Below, in pieces: positions 10,209 to 21,609 of a stretch of DNA of 64,000 bases. The stretch is from a virus. The DNA lies in IMG/VR virus record IMGVR_UViG_3300049043_000066, positions 2,424 through 66,423 of that record; one strand, given 5' to 3'. The notes under the pieces are model-generated. The model did not search any database, was not told the DNA's origin, and saw nothing but the letters and a program-made list of their open reading frames with translations. Position numbers and translations under genes: made by a program. Position 1 is the first letter of the stretch. Each line of letters begins with the position of its first letter.

Positions 10209-10965
10209 ATGGTAAAGTATAATAACATAATCAACAGATTAGGGAATAAAGAAACCGACATGAAGCACTTTAAGCATTTATTACCCCTGGAATGTTAAAA
10301 CAGTGGTGGAACCGTTCAGTGGCTCCTTTGCTGTCATTAAGCATTTCTATAAGGACTGGAATAAATATGATTTTCATATCAATGATACAGATGAGACATT
10401 ATTCTATGCCTTTAAGCATTATGAGCATATCCACGATGTGATCTATGAGTTAAATAGAGTATATAATGATGACTTCGAATTAAGGAAGCGAGACTTCAGG
10501 AAGTTCTTTGACTCTCTGGAACTCTCACCGCATGTCAAGGAACATATCAGGAAGACTCATTTCGTTCGTGGTCAGTTATGGCGTTGTCCTAAGAATCATG
10601 ACAATTATAACCCCGTGGAAGCCTCCATCCTGGAGAATGCTAAAATAACTAACTTGGGATTATAAAGACATCTTCGAGATGTATAAGGACGACGAGGAAG
10701 CCTTTTTATTTTTGGATCCGCCTTATCTATATTCAGATAATAGTAATTATGCATCTCAAATAAGGGATACAGATATGACCCAGATAGTTGTTGATATCAT
10801 AGAATTTTTAAAACTTGTAAATGTAAGGTGATGCTGGTGATTAATAAATTGAACTTATTATCATATTTATTCAGTGATTATATTAAAGGCGAGTATGAGA
10901 AGATATATCAAATAAGCAAGAAAAAGGCGATACACTTAATTATCTGCAACTATGATATAGAATGA
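10209..10965 (+). CDS. D12-class (Dam-like) N6-adenine DNA methyltransferase (duplicate copy, frameshifted)
   Basis: RLGNK, VVEPFSGSFAV (motif I), HIND, FLDPPY (motif IV). Confidence 0.8.
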
Positions 10966-11392
10966 TTATTTCCATGCTAGAATGTATTTATAAGCAGTGT
11001 TGCTTCGGCTGGAGGCACGATGCTAAAGAAATAAGGATCCTGAACAGAATAAGAACGATATCCAAGATTTGACCGATAAGAGATCGCCCACCTCAAGAAA
11101 TTCTTACTACGGAATTACGACAAGGTGTGCTGTTACTAATTAGGAACTAAAAGGATATCTGATCGGATGAATAAATGGTCTCGGTTTTTGATCTTGTAAA
11201 ATTTCTGCCCCTCCGACTTCTGTTATATCCACGAGCCTCGTGCAAGTCTTTTGACCAGACGCCAGATTCTTTCCTTATCCAGCGGTCCTTTCTTTTTGTA
11301 TAGCCTAACCTTGTCGCCTATAGCAATGTTCAGGTATTTCCTTTTCCAACATAGTTTCTCATTTCTAGTCTTAACTTTTATGCCCACAATAT

Positions 11393-11416
11393 TACTTGGT
11401 TCAGTTAGGTATTGCT
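11393..11416 (+). other. Oxford Nanopore ligation adapter remnant (2 mismatches)
   Basis: TACTTGGTTCAGTTAGGTATTGCT vs adapter TACTTCGTTCAGTTACGTATTGCT, at the end of the inverted duplicate. Confidence 0.85.
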
Positions 11417-11498
11417 ATAATGGTATTGCATATTTTGAACAAGGTTAAACCAGCAAACCCTGCGACCAGTAGAGAAATGGGCGTCTGAAAGCATACAG

Positions 11499-14400
11499 TT
11501 GCTACAATGCTTATATCAGCTACCCAGCTGGACTTGTCTAAGGAATTATGTATATCAAGCCATCGAGCGGGGACATCATAAAAAGAATCAGTGCTGGATT
11601 AATACATTACTAGATGTATATGGTGATGGTCTATTATCACAGAACAAACAGCAGAGATATGTCATAACAGTAGATAAGATTTTAGAGATTATAGGCATGA
11701 CCAATTACAATATTGAGCAAGGCTTTACAATCCAAGAATTTGAGCCATTTTTCAAGAAATACAGAATCCCAGTGAGGGTATATGATGCATTCAAGAAGAT
11801 GATTTACAAGTATGACCCAGAGATAAGAAATCCTCACATTCCTGTTTTATACTGTTTAGCCAAAGACGACCACATTTACACATTGAACCATAACACTAGA
11901 TTCCTATACAGATCAAGTAATAATCAGTCATGAGATGAAGAAGAGGAGTCAGAATATAAACTAACTGCATCCACCGACTACTATATTAATGAGGACGCTG
12001 AGCTTATCTATTGCAGATTAAATTGATAATATTGAAGATATCCTCAATATAGTAAAAGAAGAAGTGAAAGAGGATAACAGCCATGAGGGCAAAAAGATCC
12101 ATTTAGTTGTTAGCAATGACAGGATTGATGATATCTTCTTTGAACTCAAAGAGGTCGGTTATACGCCCCTGATCAAATTCGAATGCGGTCGAATAACCAT
12201 GATCACTTTAGAGTTCAATAGTCTAATTTTTGTCATCAAGTCTCAACAGCTAGTCACCTCTTCAATAGAACGCTGTGAAGCCGTTGAAAGTGAAACCATC
12301 TATAACAATATGAACCGTGCAATGCATGATTTTCATAGTGCAATTTTTGTCAATAAAACCAAATCCTACTACAACCAGCAAGACATACAGATCCTAGATG
12401 AATACAGAACCGTGGCAAATATAGGAATGCTCAATCAATTAGAAGTGAATCAGAAAACCAATGAGCCAATTCATAAGATGATAGAGATCGATCGTTCTAG
12501 GGCTTATACTACAGCCTTCGGGGAGATAACCAAAGTGCCAGTTTTTAATGTTTTTGATATTTTCAAGCCTTACAATAATGAAGAAATAAGCGACTACACT
12601 TTATATACTGTTCGTTCAAAGTCTGCTAATTTATTTTTCAACAAGGACAACAACCTCTGCTACGGCTACATCTTAAGGCAACTCGTCGTTGAGAAGAACT
12701 CAGGGAAATCTGACCTTGACTTTGAGATTGTAGCGTATAAGGAGCCCTCCGAGCTAGTTAAAGTTAATTATAAGCAACATATAAATGATCTTTACAATTG
12801 CTACAATAAGATAAGTGAAGATGAAGATGAAGACATGAGAATTAAAAAGCTAATCGCCAATATTAACATAGGATTATTAGAGAAATCTCAGAACACCAAA
12901 AGCCACAGTAATGTTTTTAATACTATAGAAGAAGCCAGACATTACCAGCTCAAATATGGCGGAAATATCCATATTATTGAGCAGAACGAATTTGAATCCC
13001 AGATAATATTGACCCTGACGATGAAGATCTTGAGATTATCCCAAAGTATAGCGGGGCGGGGTCGTATCATCATATGCCATATTATGAAAGGGATGATGGT
13101 GAATATGTTAAATACGCCTCGATCTTAGACCGTGGCATTAATGATGATGATGATGATGATATTGGATATTCAATTACCTATTACAAAGATTATAAGAAGC
13201 CAGTCGCGAAGGCTAAGCTTAAGTATTATGTCCTGACCATATCAGACACTCAAACCATGGTTAATGGCTTTAGATATATCAAAGAAATGATCCTGCAAAA
13301 CCATAATTATTTTATGTATAAGTCATATCAAAAGCTACAGAAGCACAAAGTTAAAGTATATTCAGTAAAGACCGACGCCTTTACAATTAAAGCCTCGGAT
13401 TATCATCAAGCATGGTCGGTCCTACAATTTGATGAAGGCTTCGGGACTTGGAGGGTATCTAAAAAATCAAATATTATCTACCCTACAAGCAAATGGTTCA
13501 AGCAAGACAACAGACAGATAGAGATCCAGCCAGTAGTTATAAATCATTTAGAAACGCCCAATGAGTATGACAACAAATATATCTGCAAGTTATTAATAGA
13601 TAACCGTCGGGTTTTAATCAAAGCTAGTGTGCCAGGAGCTGGGAAATCCTACTCGTGCAAATATTTAGAAAAGCTCGGCTATAATGTATGCATGGTCGCC
13701 CCATCAAATGAACTAGTCAAAGATATTCTAAATGATGGAATCATCAGCGTGACAGTGCATAGGTTCTTCGGGTGCGGTATCACCGAGGAGAGTCGTTCTA
13801 AACCTTTTGATGATTCTAAATTTGATGTGATAGTCTTTGATGAGATTTATCTGAATGACTTGCATTTCCTAGCCAAGATTTACAAATATATTAACAATCA
13901 CCCCGAGAAAATCATCCTAGCAACTGGAGACACTTTCCAAAATGACCCGATTATGCCGTTATCATCGAGATTCGAGCATGAAGAATATGCCGAGCATATC
14001 ATGAGCATCCTATTTCCTAATCAGATGTTCTTTACCAAAAATAAAAGGCTAAACAACGATGAAGACCGTGCAAAGCTCGTGCAACTAAAAGAGGATATAT
14101 TCAATGAGGACCAGGATGTTTTACAAGTATTAAAGAAATATTTCAGATTTACAAGTGAGATAGAAACCCTAAATAATATTTCATTTAGGAACAACATCGC
14201 CGAGGAGGTATCCGTAAGCGTTAGGAAGAAATTGAAAAAGAAATCAGAGTATGAAGTGGGAGAATTTCTACTCTGTAAGAAGTTCAGGAGCGTCAAAGCT
14301 TACAAAATCCTGAAAGACGATGAGGTTAAAAGCGTCGGGAAATATAACATCAATAATAATTGCAAATATGAGATTATTGATAATAATGGTAAAACCTTAG

Positions 14401-15032
14401 TGTTAAAGGATACTCAATATGATTATTTAAGAAAGGAGCAGATTGATGAGAACGACCAGATCACCGTAATCGCAGACAAGGGTGAATATGTTATGATAAG
14501 TTATGCAATTTATTTTGAACTTCCTCTAGACATCGTAAAGACGCATTTCATCTATTCATATTGTCGCACTGGGCACTCACTGCAGGGCGTCACCATAAAG
14601 GATAAGATAACAATATTTGATTGGCGTTTCCAGCAACAGCAAGACCAGCTGAAACTAAGGAAATGGATCTATGTAGCGGTGACAAGAGCAACATCTTTGG
14701 ATAATGTTCTAATCTTCAAAGGCGGAAATGTAGAATTTAACAAGCAATTATTACAAATATATCTGAAGAAGAAGGTCCAAGGATACAAGGAGCAGGATAA
14801 AAAAGCTGGTCGGGAGATAGATAATGAGAATTATATCACGCCTGAATGGTTAGAGAATAATCTGGATAATTGTTGTTATTTCTGTCGGGATACCTTTGAG
14901 ACGACCTTCAAGGGATGCAATGTATCGTCAAGCCTAACTGCTGACAGAATTGACAATGACCTCCCGCATGAGATTGACAACATCAGACCGTGTTGTAATT
15001 CTTGCAACATCAGGAAGTTAAAGGTAGCTTGA
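11499..15032 (+). CDS. Inactivated protein-primed PolB fused to SF1 helicase and C-terminal HNH-like domain (one gene split by frameshifts; 5' end uncertain)
   Basis: PolB-like EIDRSRAY, KKLIANINIG and YSVKTDAF (DTD to KTD). SF1 PGAGKS, FDEI, TGDTFQ, TGHSLQGVT and YVAVTRA. HNH-like CYFC...DRIDN..PH...N...CCNSCN. Confidence 0.75.
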
Positions 15033-15089
15033 AAATCTATAATTTATAAGTGGCTTAAAGATTTGTTGATATAATATAATATATATATA

Positions 15090-15617
15090 ATGAATGTATG
15101 CAAAAGATTTATTGAAGGTTTGAAGGATCATAATCTAACTCATGAAGATATTAAATCATGGAAATATATAGGTGGTAGTGGTCGCCATGACAGATTATTT
15201 CCATCTTAAGTTTCAAAGATGAAGAAGATAGATTTACGCCGCCTGATAAACAAAGCCAGTGTATTTGCAAAACTGCTATCAGTGAGCAGTGTTGGATAGT
15301 TGATGAAAAGTGCTTAATTAGCTAAAAATTTTGATAATGTTTTAGTCATTGGTAATTGTTGTAAAAGACATTTTTTACCCGATTGCGGTAGAAATTGCGG
15401 GAAATGCGGAGCACCTCATAAAAATAGAGTCATTGATCGATGTAATGATTGTAAATATACATGTGAAAAATGTTCAAAGAAGAAAGAATGCCTGGCGTCG
15501 CTTTTTTGTAATGACTGTAGAACAAAGCAATGTGAGAGCTGTGATAGAACTATAAAGTTCAAGTTTAAACATTGTTATAAATGCCATCTAGAATTACAAA
15601 AGAAAAAAGATACATAA
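15090..15617 (+). CDS. Cys-rich Zn-ribbon protein (frameshifted)
   Basis: Reconstructed QCICK...IGNCCK...CGKC...CNDC...CEKC...CESC...CYKC. Confidence 0.55.
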
Positions 15618-15664
15618 TTTATTATATGGCTTAAAGAATTATTAAATATATTATATTAAGTATA

Positions 15665-15889
15665 ATGGAAGAACAAAATAAAAAATCAAAAACTAAAAAC
15701 TCAAAAGAATATAATCTAGCTTATTATCACGAGGTCATAAAAGCCAAGGGACCAAGATTATGCACTTATTGTCAGAATGAATACATGAGCGACAGTAGCC
15801 TAATTCGCCATCAGAAGAGATCGTCAAAGTGCTTAGCCAAACAGCTACAGAAGCAAATAGATGAACTAAAAGCAAATATACAAAATTAA
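15665..15889 (+). CDS. C2H2/C2HC Zn-finger protein
   Basis: CTYCQNEY.SDSSLIRHQKRSSKC plus coiled-coil tail. Confidence 0.65.
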   Translation: MEEQNKKSKTKNSKEYNLAYYHEVIKAKGPRLCTYCQNEYMSDSSLIRHQKRSSKCLAKQLQKQIDELKANIQN

Positions 15890-15935
15890 TAAGTTAATTT
15901 AAGTATATAACTTAAATTAGCTTATATATATTTAA

Positions 15936-16274
15936 ATGAGTAGAGAGGATAGAAAAGAATATGCTAGAACTTATTACCAGATGAACAAGAAACGATACCA
16001 GGAATATTATGAGAAGAATGCAGAGGCAATTTTACAAAAGACACGCCAAGATTATTTGAACAATAAAGAATATTATAAAAACAAATCGAAGGCATATTAT
16101 GAACAAAATAAAAGTGAAATAAGAGAGAGAAAATCGGATAGGTATAGGAGCAACATAGAACAGTTCAGACAATATCACAGAGAATATAATAGATTTACAA
16201 AGTATAGAATACTAGATTACAACCGTGAAAGATATAGAATTTTCAGTAAAAATAAATCCGATATTAGACTTTGA
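15936..16274 (+). CDS. Y/K/E/R-rich helical repeat protein
   Basis: YYxxNK repeats, as seen in NCLDV/PLV proteins. Confidence 0.55.
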   Translation: MSREDRKEYARTYYQMNKKRYQEYYEKNAEAILQKTRQDYLNNKEYYKNKSKAYYEQNKSEIRERKSDRYRSNIEQFRQYHREYNRFTKYRILDYNRERYRIFSKNKSDIRL

Positions 16275-16347
16275 TGAATAACTTATATATTAATAATTCA
16301 TTTAAGTTAATAATAACTTAAATAATTATTAATATATAGTATTATAT

Positions 16348-16638
16348 ATGAATATTCAAGACTTACCAACTGAGCTACAGAACAAGATATTCTATTACAC
16401 CGCCGAGCATCCATGTGCTAAGATGATTAAGGATATATATAAGTATGATGTATATGAGCCATTATTTTTTAGTGCTGATGAAAATGGAAGATTAACCATG
16501 GAAGATATTAAGATTCCTTGTAATATCTTTCGAATTAGAAATTTAAAAAAGATTACTCTGAGTCAAAGTCCTATAAGTGAAATACATTGGAATAATCTGA
16601 TTACAAAGATTAAGAGAGAAAAAGTTAATTTGATTTAA
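16348..16638 (+). CDS. Small protein with F-box-like N-terminus
   Basis: IQDLPTELQNKIFYY matches the F-box consensus LxxLPxELxxxIF. Confidence 0.45.
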   Translation: MNIQDLPTELQNKIFYYTAEHPCAKMIKDIYKYDVYEPLFFSADENGRLTMEDIKIPCNIFRIRNLKKITLSQSPISEIHWNNLITKIKREKVNLI

Positions 16639-16841
16639 AAAGATTTTTCGGGAAACGCGATCTATAATTATCAGGAGGAGTTATCTTCCTTACAAACTCA
16701 ACAACCTTAACATTTACAACTGAAGAGCAACAGGATAAGTTGCATTTTATGTGATGGAAGAAATTTATGACATTATCCACTATTTTCTTGAGCAACTCGA
16801 ACATCAATATATAATATTATAGTCAGATATTAATATATTGA

Positions 16842-17762
16842 ATGCTTTCTATAGAAGATTCTATATCCAAAGCTTATTACGACGATGAAGACGGCTTCGG
16901 CTCCATGAACAAGACTCTGACAGATGCTAAGAGATACAACGAAAAAGTATCCTTAGAAAATGTTAGAAGCATGGTTCGCCAAGAATATAGGCGTCAAGAG
17001 AAACTTGAGAAGGGTATAACAGTTTCATAGCGGATAGGTGTTATGAAGAAATACCAGATGGATTTATTTTTCTTCCAAGATTTAGAGAAGGAATAGGGCA
17101 AAAGCAACCGTCAGCCCTGCTGATGGTCGATATTTTCAGCAAATACTGCGTGGTGGTGCCAACCAAGACCAAACAGCCCGACGATGTCCTTGAAGCAATC
17201 AAAGAGTGCATCAAAGAGCACCAAGCCAAGCCCGAGAGCATCTACTCAGACGAAGAAGGTGCTTTTGTTTCCAACAAAGTGCAGTCTTATTTCAGGAGCG
17301 AGGAGATCCGCCATATCATCACACGAGGACACGCGGCAGTGGCGGAAAGAACTGGGCGGACAATAAAGGATCTATTATATAGACGAGTAGATGGGCAAGA
17401 TAATCCTATATGGACTGACCATATAAAGGCTGTCCTGAACACCTACAACAAGAAAATGGTCCATAGTGCAACAGGCTTTACTCCATATGAAGGTCGCTTA
17501 GCTAAACATCGCATGGAAATTAAAACAAGACTGGAATTAAATGCTAAACGGAAAAGGAAATACCCTAACATTGCTATAGGCGACAAGGTTAGGCTATACA
17601 AAAAGAAAGGACCACTGGATAAGGAAAGAACTGGCATACTGGACAAAAGACCTGCATGAGGTCGTGGATATAAAAGAATCGGAGGGGCAGAAATTCTACA
17701 GGATCAGAAACCGAGACCATTTGTTCATCCGATCAGATATCCTTTTAGTTCCTAATTCCTAA
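16842..17762 (+). CDS. Retroviral-like (rve) DDE integrase of Polinton type (frameshifted)
   Basis: YQMD...VDIFSKY...IYSDEEGAF...AVAER.GRTIK...YN..VHSATGFTP...IGDKVR. Confidence 0.85.
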
Positions 17763-17930
17763 CAGCACACCTTGTCGTAATTCCGTAGTAAGAATTTCTT
17801 GAGGTGGGCGATCTCCTCGTCGGTCAAATCTTGGATATCGTCCTTGATTCTGTTCAGGATCCTTATTTCTTAGCATCGTGCCTCCAGCCGAAGCAACACT
17901 GCTTATAAATACATTCTAGCATGGAAATAA

Positions 17931-18691
17931 TCATTCTATATCGTAGTTGCAGATAATTGAGTGTATCACCTTTTCTTGCTTATTTGATATATCTTCTCAT
18001 ACTCGCCTTTGAATATAATCACTGAATAAATATGATAGATAAGTTCAATTTATTAATCACCAGCATCACCTTACATTTACAAGTTTTTAAAAATTCTATG
18101 ATATCAACAACTATTTGGGTCATATCTGTATCTCTTATTTGAGATGCATAATTACTATTATCTGAATATAGATAAGGCAGATCCAAAAATAAAAAGGCTT
18201 CCTCGTCGTCCTTATACACATTCGAAAATGTCTTTATAATCCAAGTTGGTTATTTTAGCGTTTTCCAGGATGGAAGCCTCCACGGGATTATAATTGTCAT
18301 GATTCTTCAGGACAACGCCATAACTGACCACGAACGAAATGAGTCTTTCCTGATATGTTCCTTGACATGCGGTGAGATTTCCAGGAGTCAAAAAACTTCC
18401 TAAAATCACGCTTCCTTAACTCGAAGTCGTCATTATATACTCTATTTAACTCATAGATAACATCGTGGATATGCTCATAATGCTTAAAAGCATAGAATAA
18501 TGTCTCATCTGTATCATTGATATGAAAATCATATTTCTTCCAGTCCTTATAGAAATGCTTAATGACAGCAAAGGAGCCACTGAACGGTTCCACCACTGTT
18601 TTAACATCAAGGGGTAATGAAATGCTTAAAGTGCTTCATGTCAGGTTTCTTTATTCCCTAATCTGTTGATTATGTTATTATACTTTACCAT
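17931..18691 (-). CDS. D12-class (Dam-like) N6-adenine DNA methyltransferase (frameshifted)
   Basis: VEPFSGSFAV, HIND, FLDLPY (DPPY in the other copy). Confidence 0.8.
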
Positions 18692-18692
18692 A

Positions 18693-18991
18693 TTAATTCT
18701 TAAAGATAAAATTAATATTCTTATACCTTTTATTAATATCATTCACTGAAGCTTGAATGGTTGGCTTATTCCAGAGATATCCATCGACTGTAAAAGCCAG
18801 GTGTTTTAGGATCTTGCCAGTTCTCATTCTTCTGATGTCTGGCGATATATCTCTCCTTCCTCTCCTCAGTCCTTATGAAGCGTAAAGTCAGATGCATTTT
18901 TCTGACCAAAAGAGACGGTTTTCTTTCCATCAATCACTGCATCTAGCTTCTTCCCCTTTTTTCGGCTCTGTTGAATTACTACCTCCATCAT
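18693..18991 (-). CDS. DUF5754-like protein
   Basis: MMEVVIQQSRKKGKKLDAVID...SFGQKNASDFTLHKD...GFYSRW. Confidence 0.65.
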
Positions 18992-19198
18992 ATACTGTTC
19001 TGTTAGATCTTTTATATCTTCTGCTGAAAGTTATCACTTGTAGCTCTTTAGTTTTACAGATCAAATAATACACCGCAACAAGGACATATAATTATTTTCT
19101 TTTTCGTGTCGTTATGGTGATCAACTAAGTCGTCATCAGTAGCTCCTGATGCATCCATATCAAGTTCCACATTTTTAAACACTTTCATTCTTATCATA
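18930..19198 (-). CDS. Hypothetical protein with CPCC motif
   Basis: Mirror of ORF 9704+ (IIICPCCGVLFD). Confidence 0.4.
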
Positions 19199-19215
19199 CT
19201 TTACTTTATACTATA

Positions 19216-19394
19216 TTATTTTATTTCAAATCTATCATGCATAATAAACAATGCATCTAAATGTTTCTTTGTTTTAGAGTGCTTCTCATACTGTTTCTAA
19301 ATAATTGAGCACCACATATAGGACAGCGTTGTTTTGGCTTTTCTTTGCTAGGACTGCCTGGTATTTCACATGTTTTTTGACATTCTAGATCCAT
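19216..19394 (-). CDS. Small C2H2 Zn-finger protein
   Basis: RCPICGAQL...KH.KTKKH. Confidence 0.55.
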
Positions 19395-19555
19395 TTGGAT
19401 TATTTAACAATAATATAGAAAATATTTATAAATTTATATAATGTAAAATAGGCTTGATATTTATGCAATTAGCCTAATTCAACATGTTATTTGAGATTTT
19501 AGAACCATTTGGATTATTTACATTATTATATAAAATATATCATGTTTATATAATA

Positions 19556-20336
19556 ATGTTAAACTTAAACAAAGTTGGAAAACCATTATGTAGAGTGGAT
19601 AAAGGTAAATACAATAACATGTTAGTAAGTGTAACAGATCAACAGAATGATAAAGACGATGATACTATAATGAAAGAGTTTAAAAGATTATCTATTTCTA
19701 ATGAGTCAAAATTTCAATTAGTTCCAGATTTAACTACTGAGCGTCAAATTGTATATATTACAGGACCAAGTGGTTCTGGTAAATCTACTTTCACTAGGAA
19801 GTATATAGAAGAATTGAAAAAGAAGAAAAAGAGATACCAATATATTTATTTTCCAGCAATAGGTCAAGATGAAAGTTTAGACAGTGTAAATCCGCAACGA
19901 ATAACCATCGATGAGACTTTAATAGAGGACCCTATAACTTTAGAGGATCTCGCAGATTCTGTTTGCATTTTTGATGATATAGATGTAATTCCTGATAAAA
20001 AGCAACGGGAAGCTGTATATAAGATTACTCAACCAGTTATTGGAATGTGGTAGACATACTACGGACATATGTTATAGTGACCAATCATTTGCCCACCAAT
20101 GGCAAAGATACCAGACGCATTCTCAACGAGAGTCATTGTTTTGTTTATTTTCCTTCATCGGCAAGTGGAAGAATTAAATATTTCTTACAGAATATCTAGG
20201 TTTAGATAAGAATACAATAATTTATATTAAAAAACAGCATACACGATGGTGTTGTATTTTTAAACATTATCCTCAAGTTTATATGCTTGAAAGAGAAGTA
20301 GGACTACTTAACGAACTTAATCCTGATGAAGATTAA
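19556..20336 (+). CDS. A32/FtsK-HerA-like packaging ATPase (frameshifted)
   Basis: Walker A GPSGSGKST, Walker B VCIFDDID, GRH arginine-finger motif followed by VIVTNH. Confidence 0.75.
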
Positions 20337-20592
20337 GGATAATTAACCTCTTCCTTCATTCCTTTGTAGATCTTGGATGCTTCTTTATTGATTAATTTCA
20401 AATAATCGTTGATCTTCCTATGTATCCTTTTAATATTAAGATCTTCATTTAATAATTTTAAATTTTGTTCTATCTTTTTCTTGTGTTCTATCATCTTGTA
20501 ATAATGCTGATATAATAGCTCGATTGCCTGTAAATTGCAGACCTTTCTCATATAAATCTTCCCAATTCAGAGTTGAATACCTGAACTAAAGT
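20333..20592 (-). CDS. Hypothetical element protein, 5'-truncated at the read end
   Basis: ...VQVFNSELGR...KIEQNLKLLNEDL...EEVNYP; mirror 8316-8566. Confidence 0.45.
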
Positions 20593-20614
20593 AGCAATCA
20601 TAAGTTTTGTAGCG

Positions 20615-20636
20615 CTTCGTTCAGTTACGTATTGCT
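20615..20636 (+). other. Oxford Nanopore ligation adapter remnant (exact 22-mer)
   Basis: CTTCGTTCAGTTACGTATTGCT equals the 3' 22 nt of AATGTACTTCGTTCAGTTACGTATTGCT. It is preceded by AGCAAT (20593), like the bottom-strand adapter, at the element/phage junction. Confidence 0.95.
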
Positions 20637-21609
20637 CAGTCCGACGCATTGATGCCCTCAGATAGGATGCTGTGGTGAATGACAACAAACCGCTTGCCGC
20701 TATCCTTACCCCACGCATTGAGAGTATCAAAGAACTTCTCACGATCCACCTTCTTGCCATCAATAACCGCACCAGTCTTGGATGTAATCATCATCCAAGA
20801 ATAACCACGATGTTCCAGTTGCGAACAGAAAGTCAGATTGTGATACCAAACCGATGATTTGTTTGGTAGTGCGAGCACAAATGAGGATCTTTTTGATGCT
20901 CTGCTCATCAATCGTCTCCAGAAGATTGTCTGCATCACGTTGAAAAACAACCTGACGATCTTTGACCATAGGCAACTGCTTGACCACAACTTTAGGAGGC
21001 AGAATGTAACCAGCATCCACGAGTTCAGGTGCAGGAACCTGACAAATTACCTGACCATAAACTTTCAGGATGATTCATTCCTGGTTTGCCAAATGCAATC
21101 GAATGTTTCGGAGTTGCAGTAAAGAAATAGCAACGCCTTGCATTAGCAGCAAAATATTCAGTTGCAGGAAAAAAGTTACGTTTGACACTATTATGTGCCT
21201 CATCAAAGTAGATCGTATCCACATCAACTACCAGACTCTTGAATACGATTCAGAGAATTGTAGGTGGTGAAGATGATACGATGACGTCTGGACGTTATGC
21301 ACTGCCCAATCGTAAATCACATCAGGATTGGTAGTAGATTGGTGGTGGGTTTCTCCACTGTGAACGTGAAGAATACGAACCATAGGGTCGACAACGTGCT
21401 CCAGAAACTCAGCAGAGAGTTGCTCAGCAAGCAGAATACGGGGAGCAACAACTACAACAGTCTGTGGAGTTTCTGACTGAAACTGACGCAGAGTATCTAC
21501 AATCATCTTCAGGACGTTTTCCGCCTGCAGTAGGCACAATCACTTGACCTTTGTTGTGCTTTTGCATAGCAGCAACAGCACGATGTTGATGAGGACGAAG
21601 AGTAATCAC
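20637..21609 (-). CDS. SF2 (DExH) helicase, 3'-truncated at the adapter
   Basis: LRPHQ, PTAGGK, YFDEAH, FTATP, GYILPP, HSILSEGIN. Confidence 0.8.

Larger units (their letters stand above)
8316..11375 (-). repeat. Inverted duplicate of the element's right part (~17520-20586); probably a second read, not a TIR
   Basis: ATPase, Zn-finger, DUF5754, MTase and integrase 3' end are mirrored; an adapter remnant follows at 11393. Confidence 0.85.
11417..20592 (+). mobile_element. Fragment of a Polinton-like virus / Tlr1 / transpoviron-type eukaryotic element
   Basis: Inactive pPolB-SF1 helicase fusion, rve integrase, A32-like ATPase, Dam-like MTase, DUF5754, Zn fingers and AT-rich intergenic regions. 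Both ends are adapter-bounded. Confidence 0.75.

Noticed and set aside
13139-13160. (GAT)n microsatellite as a phase-variation site
   Set aside because: In-frame poly-Asp; a triplet change would not switch frame.
8316-20592. A 12-kb TIR-bounded Polinton inserted in a cyanophage helicase
   Set aside because: ONT adapter remnants at 11393 and 20615, both flanks are the same 5' helicase half, there is no TSD, and the 'TIR' ends mid-integrase.
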